Positions 39,725 to 53,084 of a stretch of DNA of 64,000 bases are shown here, in pieces (position 1 is the first letter of the stretch; each line of letters opens with the position of its first letter). The position numbers and the translations under genes were made by a program. The stretch comes from Octopus vulgaris (Eukaryota). The notes beneath the pieces are model-generated. The model did no database searches. It saw nothing but the letters and a program-made list of their open reading frames with translations, and was not told where the DNA came from. Where the stretch lies: contig OX597830.1 in the NCBI GenBank assembly GCA_951406725.2, positions 26,660,001 to 26,724,000 of the forward strand, given 5' to 3'.

Positions 39725-39877
39725 CCTATCGAACTATCTATCTATGTGTCCATAAACATATGTGTATATGCGTCTGTGCATGTATAAATGTGTGTTTGTG
39801 CGTGTGTGTGACAGAGAGAGAAGTAAAAGTATATTTTTATATCGTCAAACATTGATACACTAATATACTGTCCAACC

Positions 39878-40007
<130 letters not shown>

Positions 40008-40854
40008 TTGATGGATTGATTGATTGATTGATAGATACATATTAGCAGCAAAAATATTCAGAATCGAATATTTATGTAGAAATTAATATTGTTATTATTA
40101 TTGAAGTCGATACAAATAGTCCATAATAACAACATTATTAATATAGGTAGTTACAGGCGATATGCAGCTATAGAATTAAAATTATATTAATCAAAGGTCA
40201 TGGTCTAAATGTGGGTTTTATAACTCTTATTTCTAGCCAGGTAGACATTTCAATGTGTCCTTTGATTTATATATCTATATATTGCGGCTTTTTTCAATAA
40301 GTTTTATTCAACAAAAACAATAACAATATTTAAAAGACCATCTTTAAATGATTATGCTGGAACATATTCACCATCTACTTCAATTACTACTTCCCATTTG
40401 CTTGGCAGCCGGTCGGAATAATCATTTAAAGATGTTTTTGTTAAATGTTTCTCATTTTATTAAATGTTTCTCATTCATAAAAAACTAAAGCATAGAAAAC
40501 GAACTTTTTTTCGAACAACGAAAATAACAGAGAAACGAGTCATGCAACATAAAGAAAATTCCGTTTATAAGTTATCCCTTGTTTTATCTACTCCGCGTTT
40601 ACGAAGGTAAGGACAAGACGCGACTTCGTTAAAACAATCCTTCTCGCAAAGCAAATGAAATAAAATTTGGGATTTTTTGCGGAGAGTGAAAGTAGTAACA
40701 AAAACAGGACAATGAGAACAAAACAGTAAAAACAAATAGTGAGGGATGTTAAGCCAAGACGATGTGAATTGGTGAACGCTGAAAAAACGAGCTTTGAGAA
40801 GAGACACAAGACGTGCTTTTATCTGTCTCTTCTCAAAGCTCGTTGACTCAGACT

Positions 40855-41409
40855 GCTTTCTTCCAAATGTTAAACATGGAGAAGGATCTGTGATGACCTG
40901 GGGGGGGGCTATATCTTGAAAATCCGCCGGCCCAGGGGTTTTCCTTCATAGCAAAATTAATAGTCATGACTGTTTAAGCCTTTTATCTAATCAAATACAT
41001 CCTGTGGTTGCAGAACTGTTTCCGGAGGAAAAACGCAATCTTTCAGGATGATAATGCATCAATTCACACAGCTAAAGTTGTTACAGAATGGCACAAAAAA
41101 CATTCTAGTGGAGTTGAACATCTTATCTGGCCACCATAGTCTCCAGATCTCAATATAATTGAAAATTTATGGTGCATTTAAAAAAAAAACAAGTAAGAAG
41201 TCGATATCCTCCACTATCATCACTACAAGAACTGGAGATTGTTTTAGCTGAAGAATGGATAGAAATTCCTTTGGAAACAATTCAAACTTTGTATGAGTCC
41301 ATACCTCGTAGAATTCAAGCTGTAATTACATCCAAAGGCAGTCCTACCCCATATTAAAATAAATTTGTTTGAAATTTTAAGGTGTTTCCATTATATTGTC
41401 CAACCCCTG
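40855..41409 (+). mobile_element. Tc1 transposase 3' fragment with right TIR
   Basis: VKHGEGSVMTWG, FQDDNASIHTA, WPP*SPDLNIIENLW, ESIPRRIQAVI..TPY*. TIR ttgtccaacccctg|TA. Confidence 0.85.
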
Positions 41410-41521
41410 TATATATAACAGGGGTTGGACAAAATAATAATAACAACAACAACAACAACAACAACGACGACGACGACGATGATGATGATAATAAAACAAA
41501 CATAAATTTAGCATGGTTTTT

Positions 41522-41686
41522 TTAGACATTCACTAGTACAACACTAAGTACAAAACCAAATATATGGCACACTAGGCATAACACCAGCATGAATTTCCAA
41601 CTTGTTGTCTCTTGAGGTCTCTGGGTGAGACTTGGAGCCAACTTGTACAAATGTAAAGCAAAAGTCAAACATAGAATAATAATAAT

Positions 41687-41690
<4 letters not shown>
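41522..41690 (+). mobile_element. Probable R4/Dong-like 3' UTR followed by (AAT)/(AAC)n
   Basis: gaggtctctgggtgagacttggagcc...aaacatagaataataat; short block between trinucleotide tracts. Family call is inference. Confidence 0.4.
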
Positions 41691-41740
<50 letters not shown>

Positions 41741-41967
41741 AAGGCAGTGAGATGGCAGACGCGTGAGCACCCCGGGCAAATGCTTAGCGGCATTTCGTCC
41801 ATCTTTACGTTCTGAGTTCAAATTCCGCCGAGGTTGACTTTGTCTCATCTTTTCAGAGTCAATAAATTAAGAACCAGTTGAGTAGTGGGGAGTCGATGTA
41901 ATCGATTTAACTCCTCCCCCAAAATTTCAGGTCTTTTGCCTATAGTAGAAAGGATTATTATTATTAT

Positions 41968-42027
<60 letters not shown>

Positions 42028-42455
42028 CAGCAGCAGCAGCAGCAGTAGAAGCAGCAGCAGCAGCAGCAGCAGTAGAGCGAGGACGGGGAGGAGGACGAGG
42101 ACTTCGAAAGTTTGGAAGGTAGATGAGAAGGAAGGCGACAACAAGGATATTCACCTTTTCCAGTTAATCCTCTAAGCTGATTAGGAGTCTGTGTGTGATT
42201 CACTGCGCAATCGGAAGAAACGTGTAGAATGTTTTCGAAGACGACACCCAGATTCTGAGTTGTAGAATACAAAGGAATTAAAACGCGTTGATTTGTAACA
42301 TTCCTATGCGCATTCTTCAACGGAAACCAATAGCCGTCGTGTCCTTAGATGTTCCGGTAGTTGTAGTGTTGCGGATTTTAATAAAATCGTTACGATATAT
42401 TTTTCCTTGCACCACTGTATCTGTTGAATACAAAACAAACAGAAACCAAATAAAA

Positions 42456-42852
42456 TCTTTATATATAAAGCTGAAGTTGTCTGTGTATGGCAGGTTTGGC
42501 AGCCTTCAACTAACACTATCTCCTCCGAGACTCTGCGGCGCAAGTTGATCAAAATTGAGAGTATGATAGAAGAAGGCTTGCTCTTTCTTCCGTAGAAGAA
42601 AAAATTCAAATTGGACAATGTTAATATCAAAAATTATTTACATCAAAAAGGTGCTTTTTTTTCTATGAAAATCCCTATTTTTTACGATTTTTTGACTGCT
42701 GTGACGCCATTTTTCGGTGTATTTCAACCAGGAAGATGTTCACTTAAAGAGTATAACAAGCTACATAATGCAAAATTTTTACTTTTCAAAAATTCCAATT
42801 CTAAAGGGTCAAAAGGAAAACAAACCCGAGCAACGCCGGGCTATACTACTAG
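42456..42852 (+). mobile_element. Non-autonomous Helitron
   Basis: a|TCTTTATATATAAAG...CCCGAGCAACGCCGGG...CTAG|t; same family as 5813-6208. Confidence 0.8.
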
Positions 42853-42984
42853 TAATTTTAAAACCTCATATGAAAGTTTGTTAAAATGCAGACTAAAAAC
42901 AAGACAAAACCTTGACTCGTTATTTTAAGAAAACATAATGTTTTCTTTTTAATTTAATGGTAAAGAGAAGGGTTAAAGCAGCTA

Positions 42985-45560
42985 TATGAAGAGATAAAAA
43001 AAGAGGCATCGAGATCTGCTAAGAAAACAAAGAAGGAGGAGCTGAAGAAAGGAGAGAGAAAAAAACTATCGTAGCTTTGTGAACAATCCCTATCAATATG
43101 CGAAACATTTATTTACTGAAAGTAAAAGCGGAAAATTGGATTGCACGAAAGAAGAGCTCGAACAACATCTGAAAGAGACATACAGCGACTCTGACAGAAA
43201 TGAAGTACTCCCAGAAATGCACGGACTGAAGAAACCACCTGAACCAAGAGTACCATTTGATTTGAGCGACATCAAACGGAAAGAAATGGATGAGTTCATA
43301 AGGAAAGCAAGAGCAAAAAGTGCACCAGGGAACGATGGAGTGAGCTACAAGACATACAAATATTGCCCGAAATTACGATTGCAGCTGTTTGCACTGATGA
43401 GAGAAATGTGGAAGAAGAAAGATGTAGCGGAGCGATGGTGTATAGCCAAAGGTATCTATCTACCTAAAGAAAAAGAGGCAAAAACACTAGGCCAATTTAG
43501 ACCGATTTCACTACTAAATACCGACGGGAAAATCATGTTTGGAATAATTGCTAGACGAATCATAAGATTCGTACAGCATAACGGATACGTTAATGAATCG
43601 ATTCAAAAAGCAGGAATCCTCGGAATCCCTGGGTCCATAGAACACGCATTTTCCATCTGGGAAGCCATCACCTGTGCAAAACAAATGAAGAAAAACCTAT
43701 ATATTGTTTGGCTAGATCTTGCCAATGCTTATGGATCTGTTCCGCACGCAATAATAAAAACAACGATGGACTTCTTTTGGATTCCAAAAGATGTTCAACG
43801 AATGCTCATGTCGTACTACGACAACCTGAGGATGAGATTTACAGCAGGAAAGTTCACAACGAAGTGGCAACGGCTTGAAATAGGTATTGCAGCCGGATGC
43901 ACGATATCAGTCATCTTATTCGTGCTAGTCATGGAAATGCTACTCAGATCTACAAACTGTGAGAAAGCTGTTACAAAGACACCATTAAGGGCTTTTATGG
44001 ACGACGTAACTATGTTATCGGAAAGTAGAGAAGCAACAGAGGGAACGTTAGAGCGGTTGGACGAACTGATAGGATGGGCAAGGATGAAATTCAAAGCCAA
44101 AAGATCTCGAAGCGTAGCTTTCGTGAAAGGAAGGCAAGAAGATGTGAAATTCAGGATAGGAAGGGAAGACATACCAACGGTGAAAGAACAACCAGTAAAG
44201 AGTCTCGGCAGATGGTATAAGGTCGCAAAATTTCAGGCCATTTTGCAAGAGCAGTGTAAAAGAGATGTAAGAGGCAGTGGTATACGAAGTGAGAAAGGAG
44301 GAAGAAGAAAGGCGAAATGTACATTTGGTGCAATGCAGTTAACAGGGACAGTGCCTGAGATGGGAGGAATATGTGATCAATCGCAGAATATCATGGAAGT
44401 AACTTTGGGCGCTTGGGAACAAGCAAGAACATCCTTCCTGATCAAGTCTACCTTCGACGTTCTACCCTTACCGGCGAACTTAGTCCGGTGGAACATAAAA
44501 AAAAACCGATGAGTGTTGATGCGGAGAGAAAGCGACGGTTAGACATGTTCTGTCAGGTTGCAGACTAGCACTTGAAAGATATACATGGCGGCATAATCAA
44601 GTCCTCGGCGTCATAAGCGCAGCATTCAAGGAGAAGATCGAGAGGTACAATAGGGGAGAGTACCCAAAAGTAGAAAAGCGCAGGAAAGTATACTTCCACA
44701 AGGAGGGAAAAGGTTATAAAACCAGGCCTACAAGTAAAGTATACGAGATAGACGAAAGATGGAAGGGATACTGGGAGGTGGCCACGGACTTGGAAAGACA
44801 AGTAATATTTCCACTAATAAAAACAACAAAAAGACCGGACTTAGTTCTATGGAACAGAGACCGGAGAATGGGAATTTTACTAGAACTGACAGTACCTTGG
44901 GAAGAGAACATCGGCAATGCAGAGGAACGAAAGGAGAAGAGGTATGAAAAGCTAATCGAAGAATGCAGAGAACAGGGATGGAATGTCGAATATTATCACC
45001 TGGCAGTGAGGGCTAGAGGCTTCATTGAAAAGAAAATGACAACGCTTTTCAAAAGAAGATTTGTTTTTTCTAGCCCCGAGCTGCGTAAACTAATAAGGAG
45101 AGTACAGGAGGCGGTCGAAAAAGCCAGCTTCTATATGTGGCTGAAGCGTGAAGACCGAAAGTGGCTTGAAAGTCATAAACATGCCGACGGGAAATAACAT
45201 CATTAGGCGAGACAAGCTGACTGAATCAGCTTCGCTGACTGACAGGTGACGGCCGTTTAGAAAAAGCGCGTGCTAAAACTACGCGCCTTCACTAGTCAGT
45301 TAAGGTGAGGCAGTGTCACGTGACAACTTGCTGGGGCTGCCTGCTGGAGACTATGCGGCAAGTATTAAAAGGGAGAAATTTGACAAGACAGTCAGTCACC
45401 GGCTGACACTCGCTGACGATACATCGAAGAGACCAGGGAACAGAAGAAAGAAGACATGCACCCAACACCAGAGCTAAAGACACCTCCGAAAGGGGGGGAG
45501 CACGTCAAAACGGTAAAGTAGGGGCCGAAACTGGACCTGGTTCTTCCTGATGATGTCTTC
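42985..45560 (+). mobile_element. HERO-like non-LTR retrotransposon (RT + CCHC + restriction-like endonuclease), 5'-truncated and decayed
   Basis: ORF 43079-44512: SAPGNDG, FRPISLLN, WLDLANAYGSVPH, GIAAGCTIS, FMDD. Then C-CGEKATVRHVLSGC..YTWRHNQVL (~44514-44606) and RPDLVLW..LLELTVPWEE (ORF 44778-45197). Frameshifts and an apparent internal deletion near 44220. Confidence 0.85.
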
Positions 45561-45951
45561 AGCTAACTGGATCCTATAAAGGAGCTGTTGTGGTAGTAGA
45601 CCACGAAACACGGTTGTAATTCCCCAAACATCAATACACTTGTGTCCCCATAGCATGCAAACATCGCGTGTGTCAGCGTATATGTGTTTGCAAGTATGTA
45701 AAAAAATCTCGTTGGGGCAACAGAATCGAAGGCCCCTTACAAAGCATCAGTAGCGAGCCAACAAAAATCTATGCACCAAATGAAAAACAAACAAAACCTT
45801 CTTTTATCGATACATTATAAATTGCCTCATTTAATGTAGAAATGAAGAGACCTATATGTTGGAGTAAACATGGTCTGACATGGTACAAAAAAATTGCAAT
45901 AAAGGCATTCTGTTGTGAGAGTTTCCCGGCGACGACGGGATATTCAGCTAG

Positions 45952-46015
<64 letters not shown>

Positions 46016-46043
46016 TGTGTGTGCGCGTGTTCACGTGTGTATA

Positions 46044-46540
46044 TACGAGTTGTGTTCTTCGAAGATTTCCCCTGCCCCACTTCCGGTTATTGCAGGAAAC
46101 GGAACTTGTACAGGTATAATCATACATGCCTCTACATGTCATTGTAAATTGTAGCTTTCTACTGGTATTCATTTGTCTTCTACGGCTGCTGAAGTGGACG
46201 AAGGTGTTATAATGGAGGCAATTGAATACAGATCAGTGATCAGGTTCTTATATTTGAAAGGTCGTACACCAAAAGAGACTTAGGATGAAAAAAAGTTTAT
46301 GGTGACGATGTCCCATCATACGATGTAATCAAGCACTGGCATCGCCTGTTCAAATGTAGTCAGACATCGGTGGATACTGCTCCTATTCCTGGACGACCAC
46401 CTTGCGCCATTGATGACGACACCATCCATAAAGTGGAAGCCGCCATTTTGGAGGAATGCCACATTACTATTCGGCAACTAACCTAAGAAGTGAAGATAAG
46501 TGTAGGGTCGGTGGAAAAAATCCTTCAGGACCATTTGCAT
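46044..46540 (+). mobile_element. Mariner 5' fragment (HTH region)
   Basis: From ATG 46212: MEAIEYRSVIRFLYLKGRTPKE..VYGDDVPSY..WHRLFKC..PGRP..HKVEAAILE..ITIRQL..ISVGSVEKILQDHL; truncated by a SINE C. Confidence 0.8.
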
Positions 46541-47004
46541 GTACTCTTTACTCTCTTGACTGCGGCCATGCTGGAGCACTGCCTTTAGTCAAGCAAATCG
46601 AACCCAGGACTTATTCTTTGTAAGCCTAGTGGGACGTAAACACACCAGCATCAGTTGTCAAGCGATGTTGGGGGGGACAAACACAAACACACAAATACAC
46701 ACACACATATATATACATATACATATATACGACGGGCTTCTTTCAGTTTCTGTCTACCAAATCCACTCACAAGGCTTTGGTCAGCCCGGGGCTATAGTAG
46801 AAGACACTTGCCCAAGGTGCCACACAGTGGGACCGAACCCGGAACCATGTGGTTCGTAAGCAAGCTACTTACCACACAGCCATTCCTGCGCCTACAATAT
46901 GTGATACATGATGGCTTTATTGGAGGTGGTGTGGTAGTTAGGGCGAAATGTTATAAGGAGAAAGAGAGAGATGGGGGAGGGGGAGAGAGAGACAGACAGA
47001 GAGA

Positions 47005-47160
47005 GACGGAGCCAACGTGAAATTTTGCGTTAAACTTTGAAAGTCTGCTACAAAGACATTGAGAATGCTTCGGCAAGCTTACAGCGATGAGGAAATGGGT
47101 CGTACGTAATGTTTCGCGTGGCAGGAGCGCTTCAAAAGCAAAAGGACGTCCCTGGAAGAT
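47005..47160 (+). mobile_element. Short mariner HTH fragment
   Basis: ANVKFCVKL*KSATKTLRMLRQAYSDEEMGRT*CFAWQERFKSKRTSLED. Confidence 0.7.
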
Positions 47161-47567
47161 ATGATTACAGTTAACATACCAAAATCAAACACCAGTTGTT
47201 TAGACATAATTTTAACGGTCGGTAACAATTAAATATTAAGGAAGAAGAGAGGTAGTATATAGATATTATATTACACGATATAAATTCATACATGTGTGTA
47301 TATATATATATATGTATATATACTGGATTGATATTTCATTTGACCATCGGTTATTTAATCAATTAAAAATAAATGAGGTTGAAGAAAATAAGGCGCAGAT
47401 TAGACTTCAACCGCTCTTGCGTACGTTTCTTGTCGTCGTATTTCTTTCAAGCGAATCATTCAAAAGGAACATATACTATTCATAACTTACATGTTAAAAC
47501 ATACTTGTGCAAGTTGAAAGATGTTTGAATCTTGTACACTGCAGTTTATGACCTACAATAATGAATA

Positions 47568-47617
<50 letters not shown>

Positions 47618-47869
47618 ACCGGAATAAGCACATAAATGTGAAACAAGGTGGCAAAAAGAGTACTCAAATACTAGAGGTAGAGTAATGTGCAGCAGAAATA
47701 TAAAATAACAAAATTGTCCGACGAACGGGAACTTGAAACTCTGAGTAATAGATTTCTTTATATTTCTGCTACTTTTAAATAAAGTATATATATATATATA
47801 TATATATATTGATAGAAATGGTAAGACAACAAGCGAATGAAAGAGACCGATGGCCGGATAACTGAAGAG

Positions 47870-47927
<58 letters not shown>

Positions 47928-48057
47928 TAGAACAGCTAGACGAAAAAGCAGAGTAATTAAGAAACAGCTACATAAATAGAAATGCACATCATACATAAAA
48001 TCACAAACATATGCTTATCGGAAAAACAAACATAAATCTATCTATCTATTTATATGT

Positions 48058-48300
48058 GTATGTATGTATGTATGCATGCATTATGTATGTATATATGCAT
48101 GCATTATGTATGTATGTATGTATGTATGTATGTATGTATGCATGCATTATGTATGTATGTATGCATTATGTATGTATGCATGCATGCATGTATTATGTAT
48201 GTATGCATGCATGTATGTATGTATGCATTATGTATGTATGCATGTATGTATGTATGTATGTATGTATGTATGTATGTATGCATGCATGTATGTATGCATG

Positions 48301-48334
<34 letters not shown>

Positions 48335-48466
48335 TGTATGTATGTATGCAAGCATGTATGTATGTACGTACGTATGTATGTATGTATGTATGTATGTATG
48401 TATGTATGTATGTATGTATGTATGTATGTATGTATGTATGTATGTATGTATGTATGTATGTATGTA
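48058..48466. repeat. Long (ATGT)n/(ATGC)n tetranucleotide array
   Basis: Seen directly; it accounts for the six overlapping low-complexity ORFs here. Confidence 0.95.
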
Positions 48467-48836
48467 TATCCATATATACATACGGGCAAACACAGTTATA
48501 ATCACGCGATAGCGTGAGGTTTCTTCGTGTATATTTACTGGATTGATATTTCATTTGACCATCGGTTATTTAATCAATTAAAAATAAATGAAGTTGAAGA
48601 AAATAAGGTGCAAATTAGACTTCAATCGCTCTTGCGTACGTTTCTTGTCGTCGTATTTCTTTCAAGCGAATCATTCAAAAGGAACATATACTATTCATAA
48701 CTTACATGTTAAAACATACTTGTGCAAGTTGAAAGATGTTTGAATCTTGTACACTGCAGTTTATGAGCTACAATAATGAATAAAATGGAAGAAATGCGTG
48801 GGTGCATGTGTATGTGTGTATATCTATCTATATATA

Positions 48837-49559
48837 TAACTAATGTAGATAAATTTTTTTTCGAAAAAATTTATCAATGGCCAGCATACCAAAAAATACC
48901 TTTAAAGGTTAAAATTATAGAAAGTAACCCCGAAATTGGGACCAATACGGTAATAACGGAATTTTTTAGAAATTTCTATCGGCTTGTTTCGAGACGCATA
49001 AATTATAATGTTTATTGACAATTTTGTCTTTTTTCGGCATATTTGGCATTAAAATTTTTCTTTTGTCCTTATTTTATAAGTTATTTATAATTTTAACCTT
49101 TAAAGGTATTTTATAATATGCTGGCCATTGATAAAATTTTTTCGGAAAAATTTTATCCTACATTAGTTGTAAATTTAATAGTGTTCACTTCCGGATTCTC
49201 TCACTCTGTGAAAGTTTCTAGTTCGAATCACACGTGTCTCGAGATGTGCTGAAGATTTTCTATTTTGGATATATTTGGGGTACTTAGATCTGCTCAGGAC
49301 TTAGTTCTTGCTTTTTCCATGAGTATGAGTAAGTAGTTCATTTATGTCTTACGTATTTATCACTGAGGAGGGGAAAGTTCTTATGAATTAACCCCGAAAT
49401 TGGGACCAATACGGTAATAACGGAATTTTTAGAATTTTCTATTGGCTTGTTTCGAGACGCATAAATTATAATGGTTATTGATAATTTTGTCTTTTTTCGG
49501 CATATTTGGCATTAGAATTTTTCTTTTGCTCTTATTTTATAAGTTATATATATATATAC

Positions 49560-49591
<32 letters not shown>

Positions 49592-50127
49592 CTGTTTTGG
49601 CTAAACTGGCAAAATGACCATTCTTAAATACAACAACATATATATATATATATAAAATAAGGGCAAAAGAAAAATTCTAATGCCAAATATGCCGAAAATA
49701 GACAAATTATCAATAACCATTATAATTTATGCGTCTCGAAACAAGCCGATAGAAATTTCTAAAAAATTCCGTTATTACGGCATTGGTCCCAATTTCAGAG
49801 TTAATTCATAAGAATTTTCTCCTCCTCAGCGATAAATACGTAAGACATAAATGAACTACTTACTCATACTCATGGAAAAAGCAAGCACTAAGTCCTGAGC
49901 AGACCTAAGTACCCCAAATATATCCAAAATAGAAAATCTTCAGCACATCTCGAGACACGTGTGATTCGAACTAGAAACTTTCACAGAGTGAGAGAGTCCG
50001 GAAGTGAACACTATTAAATTTACATCTAATGAAGGATAAAATTTTTTCGAAAAAAATTTTATCAATGGCCAGCATATTATAAAATTCCTTTAAAGGTTAA
50101 ATTTATAAATAACTTATAAAATAAGGG
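48837..50127. mobile_element. Penelope-type pseudo-LTR cluster in direct and inverted arrangement, with hammerhead ribozymes
   Basis: 48925-49085 repeats at 49390-49545; 48837-48920 is the inverse of 49085-49170; 49650-50127 is the inverse of ~49068-49545. Confidence 0.75.
49358..49416 (+). ncRNA. Type I hammerhead ribozyme motif
   Basis: Stem I TATCA/CGGTA, core CTGAGGA (49363-49369), stem II GGGG/CCCC, GAAA (49396-49399), stem III TTGG-ga-CCAA, cleavage triplet AUA. Confidence 0.7.
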
Positions 50128-50888
50128 AAAAACCTCTTAGAGGGTAAGAAGACAGAGAAAGTCCATGCTGTATTCACTTCAGCTTAGAAGTTACTAAGAT
50201 TTCAGGGAAAACCTGATAGAGTTCTAGCTTGTCACCGATTTTTGGGTCAGTTTTAATTTATAGTCATGTTTATCAAATCTTTGTATATCAAAATCTAAGA
50301 CCAAAGAGCATTGTCTGATTAGGAAAGGGCTTGAGGGAGTTAACAGAATCATAGTGGGTATAGTCATAAAACTTGTCAAGATTAGTTTGAAGTAGTAATA
50401 AAATAACTGTCTATAATGAAGTTTGGTAAAGGAAGAACTTAAATCAAGGTATTAGTTATCAGTTAAAGGGGTAAGACTCTAATAAAACCAATAATGATAA
50501 TACAGGGGAAATTTTACCATGGGCTACTTATAGTTGAATGATTTAAACAATATTGTTATATTGTATAAAGATAAAATATAGGATTATCAAGAAAAATATT
50601 AAGAAGAATATCATAATCAAAAGGATAAGTTTTTGAATACTTTTGAGTATATACCAAAATTTACAACAATAGATGCGGAAAAAGAAATTACATAGAATTA
50701 GTCTAATAATTTATCCATAGGAGTGGCTGTGTGGTAAGTAGCTTGCTAACCAACCACATGGTTCCGGGTTCAGTCCCACTGCGTGGCATCTTGGGCAAGT
50801 GTCTTCTGCTATAGCCCCGGGCCGACCAATCAATGCCTTGTGAGTGGATTTGGTAGACGGAAACTGAAAGAAGCCTGTCGTATATATG

Positions 50889-50931
<43 letters not shown>

Positions 50932-53084
50932 GTGTGTGTGTGTGTATGTGTGTCTGTGTTTGTCCCCCAAGCATTGCTTGACAACCAATGCTGGTGTGTT
51001 TACGTCCCCGTCACTTAGCGGTTCGGCAAAAGACATCGATAGAATAAGTACTGGGCTTACAAAGAATAAGTCCCGGGGTCGATTTGCTCGACTAAAGGCG
51101 ATGCTCTAGCATGGCCGCAGTCAAATGACTGAAACAAGTAAAAGAGTAAAAGAGATATACTTAAATATTTACTTATTATATGGTATTTATGAAGATTGAT
51201 CGCTGGCATTTACTAAAGGAGTACTGGGGTGATAGAACATGCTAACTATATATTAGATATAATCTAAGAGGTATAATATAAGTTGTAAAGCTACCGGTGT
51301 TGTTATGTGTAAGCTAATATAAATATCTAAGGGTATAAAAAATAGATTTAATTTCATAAAGGCTATTATAAAATAATAATATGATCAGGTAGGGTATAAC
51401 ATCATAGAAGGGAATATATAGCTTAATTACTAAAACCATGGGGAAGCAAAATATATCTTATTATCATCAATAGAAAAAAGATTATAGAGAAATTGTTTAT
51501 TAATTCAATTATTTATTAGGTGATATCTATAAAGACTGGTATCAGGTATTAACTAGAGGAATACTAATGGGACTACAGAACATGCTAAACTATATATTAA
51601 TAACTAGCAGTATAACCCGGGATTAAGTTACGATTATGAAGCTAATCAAGTTCTTTATTCCAAACCAAACTAAGTTATATAGACGTCAAATTTGAGCGAA
51701 ATCCGTTGAAATTAGTTATATATATATATATATAATATAATATAATATAAATATATATGGGCAACAGACATGAACACACATACACACACGTACGTACGTA
51801 CACCTATTGCATGTTTTGTGCACGCATACATGTTCATAAACAGAAATGAATGGAAAAACTGTTGTTAAATTTGTAGATTAACACTCGCACGATTTTCACT
51901 AAGAAAAAATCGTTTTTTTTTTTTTTTGCGCGCGGAATCAACTACTCTGGCCTCAAAACCCTTTTTGTGGTCCGTGAAACGGAGTGGGGTGTGGTGGAAG
52001 CCTCGCAAATTGTACCCATTTATATTGTGTAATTCACTGACAAATTATTATTCAGCTCTGTGTTTCTTTGTTGTTAAATAAATGCATTGTCAACAAAACA
52101 CGTTTTTACTCGGCGTAAAATAAAAACAAAACTCTTTCGCACCCAAAGTAATGTATGTGAGAGAGAGGGGGGGAGAAAGTGAACGATTTAAAATAAATAA
52201 ATGATTTAAAATAAATAAATGATTTAAAATAAATATATTGTAATTCGTTTTTAGATTCGGTTTGCAAGATTCTTTATATGAGTTCGTGTGTTGAATGAAG
52301 CATATTCTGTTGTGTCTGGGGAGAGTCATTTTCATTTTTGTGCCCTATTATTTAACACACTCACCGGTAAAATTTCCACTTATTTCTTATTTTTATTTTC
52401 CTAAAATTTTCGTTGCGTCTTGCAAACCTTTTCAATAGTTTTGACTCTGTTTGTTATTTACACTGCGTTCCCTTTTGTTTGTTTGTGCGCATGTGTGTGT
52501 GCCTATACATGCAAGCATGTACGTATGTATGTGTGTGTGTGTGTGTGTTTGCATGTGTTTGTATGTATATATGTGTGCGTATGCATATGTATATATGTAT
52601 GTATGTGTGTGCATCTGCATGTACGTATCCTGCATATTTATGTGCTTGCCTGTCCGTGTTTGTGTATTTTCTATGTATGTGTGTGTGAGCATGTGTTTGT
52701 ATATATATATGTACCTCTGTCTCCTTGTGTATGCATATCTGTGCGTGTGTGTTATGTAACTATGTACCATGTTTGTATGTATGGATGGATGCGCATCTTT
52801 ATATGTGTGGATCCGTGTTTCCATATGTGGCTGTTCATATAATCCATATACCTATCCGTCTGTATATTGATCTGTTTATTTACATATCTAACATACAAAC
52901 ACACACATACATATGTGCATGTATAGGCACACACACACACACACACACACTGACCCACACTCATGCGCACAAACAATCAAAAGGGAACGCAGTATATTGT
53001 AATTGTTGTGTGAGAAAGTATATATACTATGATTATAAAATATAGTGTCTTTCAAAAACAAAAAACAAAACATTTTACTTTTTA

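Noticed and set aside
50130-51600. Possible decayed retroelement ORF on the - strand
   Set aside because: Too many stops and no motif I could identify.
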